The position numbers and the translations under genes are program-made. From Syntrophorhabdaceae bacterium (lineage in GTDB: Bacteria; Desulfobacterota; Syntrophorhabdia; Syntrophorhabdales; Syntrophorhabdaceae), in NCBI GenBank assembly GCA_963665295.1, contig OY762209.1, positions 384,001 to 448,000 on the forward strand: 64,000 nucleotides of DNA, given 5' to 3'. The notes beneath the pieces were generated by a model. That model searched no databases, had not been told where the DNA came from, and worked only from the letters and a program-made list of their open reading frames with translations. Each line of letters opens with the position of its first letter. Position 1 is the stretch's first letter. Shown here one piece after another: positions 1-9,403 of this stretch.

Positions 1-130
1 ACCGGGACCCGAGAAGGGAATAGAGCGCCGGGTAGTCCTTGGTCTGCAATGTTCTCCCGTCACAGGGGAGCCATCCATAGATTTCCTTCACGAACCCCAT
101 CATTCTTATTTCACCTACAAAAGGTTCCAT
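1..130 (-). CDS. Phage tail-collar domain protein (microcystin-dependent protein-like), 5' part only; runs off window
   Basis: Manual translation from ATG at 130 with GGAGG RBS: MEPFVGEIRMMGFVKEIYGWLPCDGRTLQTKDYPALYSLLGSR; F.GEI...GW..CDG..L.....AL.SLLG is the tail-collar signature. Confidence 0.85.
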   Translation of the reverse strand, partial: MEPFVGEIRMMGFVKEIYGWLPCDGRTLQTKDYPALYSLLGSR

Positions 131-164
131 CGTTGCACCTCCATTCGATTTGAGACCTTTTCGC

Positions 165-683
165 TCATAGCCGCAGTGCATCCCTCTCCATAGAGTAGTA
201 GATCCCCCGGAATTCCTTCTCTCTGAAACCAAGGACCTTGTAAAAGTCCCTGATCGTGTTGTTCACCTCCACATGAAGGCTCATCGCAAGGCCCCGGGCA
301 TCGGCTTCCCGGACAAGGTCCCTCATGATTCCGCCTCCTGCGCCCCTTCCCCTGAATTCCGGCAGCAGAGCGATGTCGATTACCCGTATTCCGTCTTTGG
401 TCCGATGGACATAAAGCCTTCCCACAGGCTCGCCGTCAATAGATACGATGCTGAAAGATGCGCCGGGATAGTTCTGTGTGTATTGGATGTGCTGAAGCCT
501 GAACTGCATCCGGAGGAACGCTTCGACCTGACCTTCGCTCCATCCTGTGAGGGCCATTTCGTCACGCCGCGTAGAGGCATACACGCGGTAGAGAAATTCC
601 GCATCGTCCTCTGCTATGGGACGTAACGTAATGTTTTCAGATATGATTCCGCTTATTTGAGAACCTTTCGGTCCCTCCCCCAA
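165..683 (-). CDS. GNAT family N-acetyltransferase
   Basis: DIALLPEFRGRGAGG acetyl-CoA motif, LHVEVNN..FY..LGF; exact start uncertain. Confidence 0.85.
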   Translation of the reverse strand: MGEGPKGSQISGIISENITLRPIAEDDAEFLYRVYASTRRDEMALTGWSEGQVEAFLRMQFRLQHIQYTQNYPGASFSIVSIDGEPVGRLYVHRTKDGIRVIDIALLPEFRGRGAGGGIMRDLVREADARGLAMSLHVEVNNTIRDFYKVLGFREKEFRGIYYSMERDALRL

Positions 684-909
684 TTCGGCCCCCTTCCTTG
701 AGAGTCGGCGCTTTCAATCCTGTGTGAGGATACAAGATGCTACAGCCCCGACAAAGACCTCTTTTTCCGAACTTACAGGATCTTTATTAGTTATGCATAC
801 ACAACGCCGTATATAAAGTCAACCGTTTTATCTCAAGAAGTATATTTATTTACCTTATTGCTCCATTTATGCTTACTCTTGTTTCTTTATTCCCTCTTTG
901 CGCCGGATA

Positions 910-918
910 TGATAGAAT
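910..918 (+). promoter_or_regulatory. Candidate extended -10 promoter (TGaTAGAAT) for the RiPP operon
   Basis: TG-n-TAGAAT in an AT-rich divergent intergenic region about 95 nt upstream of the RRE ATG. Confidence 0.35.
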
Positions 919-1011
919 GCGCAAAAGATGACATGAGAACCCATGTGCAGGGAAAAGATCATCGTGATAACGATTGACGATTGTTGAACGCCGGGTTACA
1001 AAGGAGCATGT

Positions 1012-1317
1012 ATGATAAAGAAAAGCGTTTCAACGGAAAGCATCGTCCACCAGGTTGAAGAAATTGTCGCGAGTGACATCGACGATGAGAAGGTCATGAT
1101 GAGTGTTGAAAAGGGCCGGTACTATAGCCTCGACCGCGTCGGCAGCCGTGTGTGGGACCTCATCCAGGAGCCCGTCATGGTGTCGGACCTGATTGACACG
1201 CTTCTCGGAAGATACGATGTGGACCGGGAGACCTGTGAAGAAGATGTGCTGGAGTTTCTTGAAGAGCTCCATGATGAAGGTATATTGCAGGTGAGGGATA
1301 CGGAGACTCATCTCTAG
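1012..1317 (+). CDS. PqqD-family RiPP recognition element (lasso B1/E protein)
   Basis: 101 aa, GRYYSLDRVGSRVWDLI...DVLEFLEELHDEGIL PqqD pattern; AAGGAG RBS. Confidence 0.9.
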   Translation: MIKKSVSTESIVHQVEEIVASDIDDEKVMMSVEKGRYYSLDRVGSRVWDLIQEPVMVSDLIDTLLGRYDVDRETCEEDVLEFLEELHDEGILQVRDTETHL

Positions 1318-1320
1318 GGG

Positions 1321-3288
1321 ATGTCCTGTAATTGGCGTTCCCGGCCGCGGGCCGGGAGGGCGGCACGCGTAAAGATCCGGAGGGTCAGGGAGATCGTGTT
1401 CTTCTTCTATTTCAGCCGTGTAGGTCCATTGTCGGCGCATCGGGTCGATCCTCACGCCGTTATCCGGCGACTTATGCCCTTCACCCCGCCTGACAAGAGC
1501 GGGTTTCTCGCCAATGACGGAAAAGGCCTGCTGATCCAATGCCTCCACTGGAATACCGCCCGGTCGCGGCTGGAGCCGGCCCCGCTGTATCACGCCCCGA
1601 GTCAGGCAGCCGCAGCGTCGTGGGCTCGTCTCGACAACCGCGCCGAGTTGGGGGAGAAGCTGGCCATCGCTCCGGCGGATATGCACAAATTTTGTGATAC
1701 GGAGTTGATCCTCCTCGGTTATCTGAAATGGCAGGAGGCCTGCGTTGACCACCTGATCGGAGACTTCGTATTTGTCATTCACGACCAAAGACACCAACGG
1801 ATCTTTTGCGCCCGGGACCATATGGGGGTCCGTCCACTCTATTACTATGCGTCCGACGACGTGTTCGTCTGCGCCACCGGCCTTACCGCTTTTTTGGGTC
1901 TTGAAGGCGTGTCCATAGAGGTTCAGCAACAATGGGTCGCGGAATACCTGATCCACGCCTCCATGGACTTCGAGCGCACTCCCTATAAAGGGATTAAAAA
2001 GGTCCCTCCTGCTCACTGCCTGTCGGTCACCCCGGACAGGATACTGTTGCGCCGGTATTTTGAACTGTCCCCGGAACCGCCGCTCGTGCTTAAGGATTCC
2101 CGGGAATATGTAGATGCATACAGGACGGTCCTCGAAAGGGCCATCGAGTGCCGGCTGGACTCCGAGTATGCCGTCGGAACCGAACTCAGCGGCGGCATCG
2201 ATTCTTCCACCATAACCGCCTACGCGGCAAAATTTCTCGAGCGTTCCCTGTCGGGCCTGCATACCTTCGCCTTTGCGTTTACCGAACTGGAACCGCAATA
2301 TGTCCTGGCCGTGAGCCGGGCCTGCCGCCTGCCCAACAACCACATCTTTGCGGGCAGCGAGACTGACCCCCGGGCAGTGTTGCAGCGCTCGCTGAATATT
2401 CTCGGCTACCCCGTCGAACATGGCAACGCAACGACCCATGAGCCGTTTTACCGGCTGGCGGAAAAACTGGAAGTCAGGACGTTGCTCTCCGGTTTTGGCG
2501 GGGACGAGTTCGCGACAACCATTTACGGCCATCTTGTTCCCCTGGAAATGATTACGAAGCGCCGGTTCCGTGACCTTTTCAATATCCTTCCGGGCAACGC
2601 CCTTTTCCGTTTTCTCCGCCTGGCCAAGATGGAGTTGCGGCGCCGCAGGACGCATAATTTCGAAAACCTCGTCTACAACACCCAGTTCCACAAAGCATTC
2701 AGGATGCGCTGGCCCCACAGGATCGTCCGCGAAGAAGTCGTCAAAAAGTACGGCCTTGAAGAGCGCTTTTTTGATGGAGCCCGTTTCGATGCGGGCTACA
2801 CGGATCTCAAACGTTTCGCCCTGGAAAGACGGTGGCGGCCCTTTGTGCCGACAAGGATGGAAAACTGTACGCTAATGGCGGCAGGCAGAAGGATCGAATA
2901 TCGCTGGCCTCTGCTCGATATCCGGCTGGTGCGGCTGTTTCTGTCGGTTCCGTCGGAAGAACAGTACTACCGCGGGACGAACCGCTACCTGCACCGCCGC
3001 GCCATCGACGGCATTGTGCCGAAAATGGTAACCTGGAAGCAGGGCAAGAATATGGGGACCGCAATGCCGCCGGATCACCACAAGCCAAATAGTTTGCTCC
3101 AATTCTCGGTCTCCGATCTGCATCCTGCCCTTGCCGAATATATTGATGCCGGGAAGTTGGGACAACAGATGGACCAACTGTCGTCTCTCCGGGATAACGG
3201 TGAAGATTTGATCAGAAGGATGCAGTCGGTCAGAAATATCCGGGCAGTCACCTATCTTTCGTCATGGATGAAATATCTTGAAATATAA
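1321..3288 (+). CDS. Asparagine synthetase-like lasso cyclase (C protein); true start may be GTG at 1396
   Basis: ARDHMGVRPLYY, ELSGGIDSS PP-loop, SGFGGDE, PLLD; no N-terminal glutaminase Cys; context with B1 and B2. Confidence 0.88.
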   Translation: MSCNWRSRPRAGRAARVKIRRVREIVFFFYFSRVGPLSAHRVDPHAVIRRLMPFTPPDKSGFLANDGKGLLIQCLHWNTARSRLEPAPLYHAPSQAAAASWARLDNRAELGEKLAIAPADMHKFCDTELILLGYLKWQEACVDHLIGDFVFVIHDQRHQRIFCARDHMGVRPLYYYASDDVFVCATGLTAFLGLEGVSIEVQQQWVAEYLIHASMDFERTPYKGIKKVPPAHCLSVTPDRILLRRYFELSPEPPLVLKDSREYVDAYRTVLERAIECRLDSEYAVGTELSGGIDSSTITAYAAKFLERSLSGLHTFAFAFTELEPQYVLAVSRACRLPNNHIFAGSETDPRAVLQRSLNILGYPVEHGNATTHEPFYRLAEKLEVRTLLSGFGGDEFATTIYGHLVPLEMITKRRFRDLFNILPGNALFRFLRLAKMELRRRRTHNFENLVYNTQFHKAFRMRWPHRIVREEVVKKYGLEERFFDGARFDAGYTDLKRFALERRWRPFVPTRMENCTLMAAGRRIEYRWPLLDIRLVRLFLSVPSEEQYYRGTNRYLHRRAIDGIVPKMVTWKQGKNMGTAMPPDHHKPNSLLQFSVSDLHPALAEYIDAGKLGQQMDQLSSLRDNGEDLIRRMQSVRNIRAVTYLSSWMKYLEI

Positions 3289-3335
3289 ACCGAAACATGT
3301 AATAGAATAAGAATCATACCAGGGGGTGGTGAATC

Positions 3336-3566
3336 ATGCCGACTACACGGGCAAAAAAGGGAATTGGCGATGCGGGAACCACATGCAACGATTCGCTCCG
3401 GAACGAATCACCTGCTGTCCACCCAGTCGGTGGGACGGACGATCTGGAACCTTGGAGCAGACCTCGCATCCTTCATAGGACTTGCGCCGGTCAAACCGGA
3501 ACAAAGTATCATTATACCAGCGAAAGTTCTCCTACAGAGGCAATATCCATATACGGCCCGTCATAG
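3336..3566 (+). CDS. Lasso peptide precursor (predicted core TKYHYTSESSPTEAISIYGPS, nt 3501-3563)
   Basis: 76 aa between cyclase and kinase; leader WSRPRI matches (Y/W)xxPx(L/I); Thr at -2; Glu at core position 8; C-terminal Ser; G-rich RBS-like sequence upstream. Confidence 0.75.
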   Translation: MPTTRAKKGIGDAGTTCNDSLRNESPAVHPVGGTDDLEPWSRPRILHRTCAGQTGTKYHYTSESSPTEAISIYGPS

Positions 3567-3593
3567 AATCATCCGGGTCATAAACCATATTAT

Positions 3594-3665
3594 CGGCAGG
3601 GACGTGGCGCGCCCCATCCCTGCCGGGACATCTTTTGACGCGAACCGCGAAGGTCGCAACCTTCG
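3594..3665 (+). terminator. Two hairpins after the precursor gene (terminator or mRNA-stabilising element)
   Basis: CGGCAGGGA(3594-3602)/TCCCTGCCG(3617-3625) followed by a T-run; CGAAGGT-CGCA-ACCTTCG (3648-3665). Confidence 0.45.
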
Positions 3666-3704
3666 ACGGGCAAAGTATTTTCCCGGCGGCTAACCGGATA
3701 TCAC

Positions 3705-4607
3705 ATGGAAAACATGTATCGCATTTTCGGATTGGACATCTTCTCCGTCATCCCCCTCCCGTCCCGTTCCGTTGTACCGGCCCGGCAGGACGGCACCCCG
3801 GATGTAATCATCTCGTATGGCGAAACACCGGCTGCCCTGACAAATCCCCGCAAGAAAGGGGTGCGCTATCAGGCTGCGCCGGGAGAGTTTTTGCTTCGGG
3901 TGGACAATGTCGCCCACTATTATGTGCAGCACGGCAGCCGCATCACCGTCATGCCTGAAGCCGGGGCGGATGATGACGATATCCTTCTCTTCCTCATGGG
4001 TTCTGTCATGGGGGCGCTTCTCCATCAGCGCAATGTTCTGGTGCTCCATGCCGGCGCGATAGCGGTGAACGGGGAGAGCGCGGTTTTTTGCGGCCCTTCC
4101 GCTGTCGGAAAATCCACTCTCGTAGCCGGTTTTCTTCGGCGGGGCTATCCCTTCCTTGCCGATGACGTGTGCGCCATAACATCAGGCGACGGGCGTCCGG
4201 CGGTGATTCCCGGGTTTCCCCGCGTGAAGGTGTGGGCCGATGTCCTGACGAAACTGAACACCCGGAACGATACACTCAAGAGTATCCGGCGGGGGATGGG
4301 AAAGTATTTTCTGCCTATTGATTGTATCCAGGAATCCCCGGTGCCCATCAGGTCCGTGTTCGTCCTTGAGACCACCAGTACCGGCAGGATGGAAATCACG
4401 GCTTTAAGGGGCGCCGACAAGGTCGGCCCTCTCATCGACAACACCTATCGCTTGCCCTTTTTACGGGGTCTGGGCAAAGGAAAGGACCACTTCACCCAGT
4501 GTGCGGCGGTTGCGGCCGGAACCGACGTGTTCCTGACGGTCCGTTCCAGAACGACGTTTTTGCTTGATGAACTGCTGGATATGGTGGAGGCGAAACTTCT
4601 GTCATGA
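3705..4607 (+). CDS. HPr kinase-like lasso peptide kinase (PadeK/ThcoK-like)
   Basis: LHAGA, Walker A GPSAVGKST, LADD motifs. Confidence 0.85.
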   Translation: MENMYRIFGLDIFSVIPLPSRSVVPARQDGTPDVIISYGETPAALTNPRKKGVRYQAAPGEFLLRVDNVAHYYVQHGSRITVMPEAGADDDDILLFLMGSVMGALLHQRNVLVLHAGAIAVNGESAVFCGPSAVGKSTLVAGFLRRGYPFLADDVCAITSGDGRPAVIPGFPRVKVWADVLTKLNTRNDTLKSIRRGMGKYFLPIDCIQESPVPIRSVFVLETTSTGRMEITALRGADKVGPLIDNTYRLPFLRGLGKGKDHFTQCAAVAAGTDVFLTVRSRTTFLLDELLDMVEAKLLS

Positions 4608-5464
4608 AGGGCATCATATGGCTCGCTTCGTATCCTAAATCGGGAAACACCTGGTTTCGCGTCTTTCTTACCAACCTGCTCCGTGATGCGGATGCCCCCG
4701 CAAACATAAATGAACTGATACCTACGCCCATCGCCAGCGACAGGGACGTCTTCGACCGCGATATGGGATTTGAGGCGTCGGACCTGAGTGCGGATGAGAT
4801 CGACCGCTTGCGTCCCGAACTCTATATCCACCTTGCCGAAAACGCCCTGAAGCCGCTCTTCATGAAAATCCATGACGCCTACACTGAGGTCTCGAAGGAT
4901 ATGCCTTCTATTCCCCGGGAGGCCACGGGGGGCTGCCTTTATTTCATCCGGAACCCCCTGGACGTGGCGGTCTCCTTTGCCCATCACAACGGCTTGACCC
5001 TCGACACCGCCATATCCTTTATGGCTGATGAGAATCGCGCTCTTTGTGGCAAATCGGACCGGTTGTACCCCCAGTTGCGCCAGAAGCTCTTCTCCTGGAG
5101 CCGTCATGTTCTGAGTTGGGTCGATTTCGCCCCATTCCCCTTATGTGTCCTCCGCTATGAAGATATGAAAACGGATGCCCTGAAAACCTTTGAAAAGGCG
5201 GTGCGTTTTGCAGGCCTTCCCCACACCTGGGACCAGGTCCTGAGAGCCGTCAATTTCAGCTCCTTCAAGATCATGCAGCAGCAGGAGCAGAAAGATGGCT
5301 TCCGCGAAACCAGTCCCCTGGCCGACCGATTCTTCCGTAAAGGCAAGATAGGGTCATGGCGCGACGAGCTTAGCGTTGAACAGGCCCAACGGATTGTCCA
5401 CGACCACCGGGAGGTCATGCGCCGTTTCGGCTATCTCGACGAAAACGACGGGTTAGCCTTTTGA
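4604..5464 (+). CDS. PAPS-dependent sulfotransferase
   Basis: 5'-PSB SYPKSGNTW, 3'-PB RNPLDVAVS, RYEDM, FFRKGKIGSW; ATGA overlap with the kinase. Confidence 0.92.
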   Translation: MKGIIWLASYPKSGNTWFRVFLTNLLRDADAPANINELIPTPIASDRDVFDRDMGFEASDLSADEIDRLRPELYIHLAENALKPLFMKIHDAYTEVSKDMPSIPREATGGCLYFIRNPLDVAVSFAHHNGLTLDTAISFMADENRALCGKSDRLYPQLRQKLFSWSRHVLSWVDFAPFPLCVLRYEDMKTDALKTFEKAVRFAGLPHTWDQVLRAVNFSSFKIMQQQEQKDGFRETSPLADRFFRKGKIGSWRDELSVEQAQRIVHDHREVMRRFGYLDENDGLAF

Positions 5465-5492
5465 CCCACGTGAAATCACGGAGATTCAGCGC

Positions 5493-6833
5493 ATGAGTTA
5501 CGGGTCCGTTATCGCAAAGTACAGGAATATGCATCGCCAATCGAATCCGGAAGAAATTTCTGCTCTTTGGAAAAGAAGCACGCCCGGTTTGAATATCTAT
5601 GTACACAGCCCCTTCTGCCCTTCGGTCTGCGGCTTCTGCCACTACAGGGGGAAAGAGTTTCATTTCGAAAAAGACTATTCCCTATATAGAAAATATTATT
5701 ACGATTATTTACCCCGAGCTATCGCGCCCTTTCTCCCGATCATAGAGTCCCGTCAAATCGGAAACTACTTCTTTGGCGGTGGCACCCCCAGCTTGATGAG
5801 GCCCGAAACCATGTCTTTCATTTTTGATATATTTCCCGGGTTCAAAGATGTGAAGTCGAAGACCTTTGAAATTCATCCTGCCGTCTGGACAGAGGAACAA
5901 CTCGATGTTCTCGCCATGTATGGCTTTAACTGCTGTATTATAGGCGTTCAATCCTTCGATGAATCGGTGCTTGACAGGCAGGGTCGACTCTATGCAACAA
6001 GGGAGCAGATCAGGGGCTTGGCGCGGAAGGTCAAGGACCGGGGAATGTATCTGGCCATAGACATGATCTATCGCATGGACCCGGTCGACGCCGATGAGAT
6101 CTTCAGGCAGGACCTCGCATTTCTACCCGAGCTCGATGCCGACATTATCAGTTTGCAGGACAACTTTAATGAATTGTACGAAGATGAAAAGATTAAGAGG
6201 TTCTTTGAAATCGTCTGCGATTCACCCCTGGCAGCCGACTACTATTGGGAAGAAGCTACAGGGGAAAATCCGGTAATGTCCCTCGATGAGAAAAGAACCA
6301 GGAAGGCGGTGCGTTATCTGCGAAACGACTTGCCACATGAAACATATTCCAATGAGATATTTACATTTTTGAAAACAATAGATGAATGTTCGAAACACTT
6401 CTCGAAAGGTGCGGGATATCCGTCATTGATAGGGTTCGGTTCATATCAGAATAGCCGCAAGAACACATTTTCCTCCATTCGTGCACGTCAACACATCCTG
6501 GAATATATCGAAGTAAATAATAATTGGAGCCCGGAGTACTACATTACTTTCGATGAAGACCGGCGGAAACTTTTTGATGAAACAGTGGAGCTGATGAAAC
6601 GGTTCAAGACATTAGGCGATCCTCCTCCCGGGATCGTCGTCAGCATCATCAACAGACCGGCGATAAGGGACGACCAATGCGTCTTGCGCAAACCCCATGT
6701 TCTGGTAGGGTTGGAAATATCGTGGAAAGAACGGACAGTTGCCGTTGATGAGTTTATCGCAGGAATTAAGGCCGTTTTTCAGCACACACTCGATGGTCCG
6801 TCTTCAATGCTGATTGTGGGAAGACGATCATGA
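5493..6833 (+). CDS. HemN-like radical SAM enzyme
   Basis: YVHSPFCPSVCGFC (CxxxCxxC), FGGGTPS, IGVQSFD; divergent C-terminal half. Confidence 0.85.
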   Translation: MSYGSVIAKYRNMHRQSNPEEISALWKRSTPGLNIYVHSPFCPSVCGFCHYRGKEFHFEKDYSLYRKYYYDYLPRAIAPFLPIIESRQIGNYFFGGGTPSLMRPETMSFIFDIFPGFKDVKSKTFEIHPAVWTEEQLDVLAMYGFNCCIIGVQSFDESVLDRQGRLYATREQIRGLARKVKDRGMYLAIDMIYRMDPVDADEIFRQDLAFLPELDADIISLQDNFNELYEDEKIKRFFEIVCDSPLAADYYWEEATGENPVMSLDEKRTRKAVRYLRNDLPHETYSNEIFTFLKTIDECSKHFSKGAGYPSLIGFGSYQNSRKNTFSSIRARQHILEYIEVNNNWSPEYYITFDEDRRKLFDETVELMKRFKTLGDPPPGIVVSIINRPAIRDDQCVLRKPHVLVGLEISWKERTVAVDEFIAGIKAVFQHTLDGPSSMLIVGRRS

Positions 6834-6893
6834 CCATGGGAAGGTCCTGCCTCTCTCCGGGAGTCCCGATGAAGACGGGAAGATTGGCCTGCA

Positions 6894-7376
6894 ATGAGGT
6901 ATAATACGTACATGACGGCATGTTTCAGATTCTTTAGGGGACTCCCCGCCAAGTGGCGCCGCCGCACCGGGGCGGAGCGGGCGTCCCTCGTGGAAGCGTT
7001 CCTGCTCCTGGGTGTCGCCCGTTTTACAGTCCTGGTCCTGCCCTTCAGGTGGCTTGCCGTATCATTGGGCAGACATATGTCGGAGACCGGCGCGCAGGCG
7101 GATTTCTCCGATCTTCGTCGCGCCCGGATAGTGGGTCAGGCCGTTTGTTCAGCCGCACGTTACACCCCCTGGGAGAGTGTCTGTCTGTCCCAGGCTGTAG
7201 CCGCCAAATGGATGCTGAAACGTCGCCATGTCGCCGGCACGCTCTATCTCGGCGTGGCGAAAGACGAGACAAACCCGGAGAGACTCGCCGCCCATGCGTG
7301 GCTTCGTTGCGGCGGCACGATCATCACGGGCAGGGAGGGCTACCGGCGTTTTACTGTGGTAGCCGTTTTTTCCTGA
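6894..7376 (+). CDS. Lasso peptide B2 leader peptidase (transglutaminase-like)
   Basis: CLSQA Cys, LYLGV, AHAW His motifs. Confidence 0.9.
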   Translation: MRYNTYMTACFRFFRGLPAKWRRRTGAERASLVEAFLLLGVARFTVLVLPFRWLAVSLGRHMSETGAQADFSDLRRARIVGQAVCSAARYTPWESVCLSQAVAAKWMLKRRHVAGTLYLGVAKDETNPERLAAHAWLRCGGTIITGREGYRRFTVVAVFS

Positions 7377-7434
7377 TGAGACGTCTCTCCTCCACCGACA
7401 GGGATAAGACCCGGGACAATTCTCCGTGCTGCCC

Positions 7435-9255
7435 ATGATCAAACAGCTTCTCGACGCTGTCCGGAGGCTGAGGCAGCAACTCCCCTATCTGCCCAAGGCC
7501 TTGCGACTGGTTCACCGTGCGGCGGGCGGGCTCACACTTACATGGCTGGCCCTGTTGATCCTTCAGGGCTTGTTGCCTGTTGCAGCGGTCTACCTGACCC
7601 GGACACTCGTGGACGGCGTGGCGGGAATGATCGGCTCAGGGAACGGGTGGGCGGCTTTAACACCCCTTCTCCCCGCGGGCCTTGCCATGGCAATGGTCCT
7701 GATCGCAACTGAGGTACTCCAGGGCATCGGCAAATGGGTGCGCACCGCCCAATCCGAGCAGGTGCAGGATTACGTCCATGAGCTTATCCATGAACAGGCG
7801 ATAAGGCTCGATCTCTCCTTTTACGACGACCCCGGTTACTACGACCAACTGCACCGCGCCCGGGTAGATGCCATAACCCGCCCTGCCGCCCTGATCGAAA
7901 ACGCGGGCACTTTGCTGCAAAGCCTCGTCACCCTGGCAGCCATGGGGGCCGTCCTCTCCACCTTCGGCATATGGATTCCCTTGCTCCTGGCCGCGAGCAC
8001 CCTGCCCGCTTTCCTCGTCGTGCTCCGCCACACAATCCACTTTCACGGATGGCGGCTCCGCAACACCACCGCCATCCGCAAGACCACTTACTATGATATG
8101 ATGCTCACCCAGCGCGAGGCGGCGGCGGAGGTGCGCCTCTTTGGTCTCGGCCCTCATTTTCGCGCACTTTTCAGGGACCTGCGGGCGCGGCTCAGGCGGG
8201 AACAGGTTGAGCTTGCCCGCAGCGAGGCCACGGCCCACGCAGGGGCGGCCCTTATCGGTCTCGCGAGCATGGCGGGGGCCCTGGTCTGGATGGGTCTTCA
8301 GGTATTGAAAGGGGCAGTGAGTCTGGGCAGCCTTGCCCTTTTTTATCAGGCCTTTTACCAGGGTCAGCGCATGATGCGGTCGGTCCTGGGCAGCACCGGG
8401 GAGATTTACCGCAACATCGTGTTCCTGGAGAACCTTTTTGAATTTCTTGCGCTCAAGCCCCGCGTCGATTCACCGGAGAAACCCCTCCCTCATCCCGGTC
8501 TGAAAGGAGCCCTCGAACTTCAGGACGTCACCTTCCGTTATCCCGGCACGGCGCGGGCCGCCATGGAGCGTTTCACCCTCCGTATTCCCGCAGGGCGAAT
8601 CACCGCCCTGGTGGGAGAAAACGGCGCAGGCAAAACCACCCTTATCAAGCTCATCTGCCGCTTCTATGACCCCGAAGAGGGGCGGCTGACCATGGACGGG
8701 ACGGACATCCGCGCCCTTTCCCTTCCCGCGCTCCGGCAGCGCATCACCGTGCTTTTTCAAGACCCCGTGCGATACCACGACACGGTCTTCAGCAACATCG
8801 CCTTCGGGGATATCGGCAGCAATCCGTCATTGGACCGCATCGCCGACGCGGCCCGGTGCGCGGGGGCCGATGGGCCCATAAGCCGCTTGCCTAAAGCCTA
8901 TGAAGCCGTCCTCGGAAAATGGTTCGGCGGTGCCGAACTGAGTGGGGGAGAGTGGCAGCGCCTCGCTTTGGCGCGGGCATTCCTGAGGGACGCGGAGTTC
9001 ATCATTCTCGATGAACCCACGAGCGCCATGGATTCGTGGGCCGAGGCCGACTGGTTGCTCCGTTTTCGCGAACTTGCCGAGGGACGGACCGCCCTGATTA
9101 TCACCCATCGCTTCACCACCGCTTTGCATGCGGACATAATTCATGTCATGGACAAAGGCCGCATTGTGGAGTCCGGCAGCCACGAGGACCTGCTGGCCGC
9201 GAAAGGCAGGTACGAGTCGTCATGGACCCGCCAGATGCGGCAGAGGGGCAACTGA
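7435..9255 (+). CDS. ABC transporter, fused permease/ATPase (RiPP exporter)
   Basis: TM helices, GENGAGKTT, LSGGEWQR, ILDEPT, THR. Confidence 0.92.
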   Translation: MIKQLLDAVRRLRQQLPYLPKALRLVHRAAGGLTLTWLALLILQGLLPVAAVYLTRTLVDGVAGMIGSGNGWAALTPLLPAGLAMAMVLIATEVLQGIGKWVRTAQSEQVQDYVHELIHEQAIRLDLSFYDDPGYYDQLHRARVDAITRPAALIENAGTLLQSLVTLAAMGAVLSTFGIWIPLLLAASTLPAFLVVLRHTIHFHGWRLRNTTAIRKTTYYDMMLTQREAAAEVRLFGLGPHFRALFRDLRARLRREQVELARSEATAHAGAALIGLASMAGALVWMGLQVLKGAVSLGSLALFYQAFYQGQRMMRSVLGSTGEIYRNIVFLENLFEFLALKPRVDSPEKPLPHPGLKGALELQDVTFRYPGTARAAMERFTLRIPAGRITALVGENGAGKTTLIKLICRFYDPEEGRLTMDGTDIRALSLPALRQRITVLFQDPVRYHDTVFSNIAFGDIGSNPSLDRIADAARCAGADGPISRLPKAYEAVLGKWFGGAELSGGEWQRLALARAFLRDAEFIILDEPTSAMDSWAEADWLLRFRELAEGRTALIITHRFTTALHADIIHVMDKGRIVESGSHEDLLAAKGRYESSWTRQMRQRGN

Positions 9256-9403
9256 AAGACACGGCTGGGCGTGGCCCCGGAACAAGCCCTGTTTCTCCCC
9301 TTCTCTGAGCAACCTGTACCGCCGCCGGACTCATAATCTCTTGCTTTGTCCGTCAGATTCTCCGATAATGTGGGCTAACGATCGAAATGGGGAGGTTCAA
9401 GGG

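Noticed and set aside
1030..2718. 562-aa minus-strand ORF
   Set aside because: Antisense shadow of the RRE and cyclase genes; no motifs
3364..3693. Alternative 109-aa ORF as the precursor
   Set aside because: No leader motif or suitable acidic ring residue; runs through the hairpins
3638..3700. c-di-GMP-I riboswitch-like look (hairpin followed by GCAAAG)
   Set aside because: No proper GNRA-capped P2, tetraloop receptor or P1 pairing found
5493..6833. Calling the radical SAM gene hemN
   Set aside because: C-terminal half does not resemble HemN and the context is a RiPP operon
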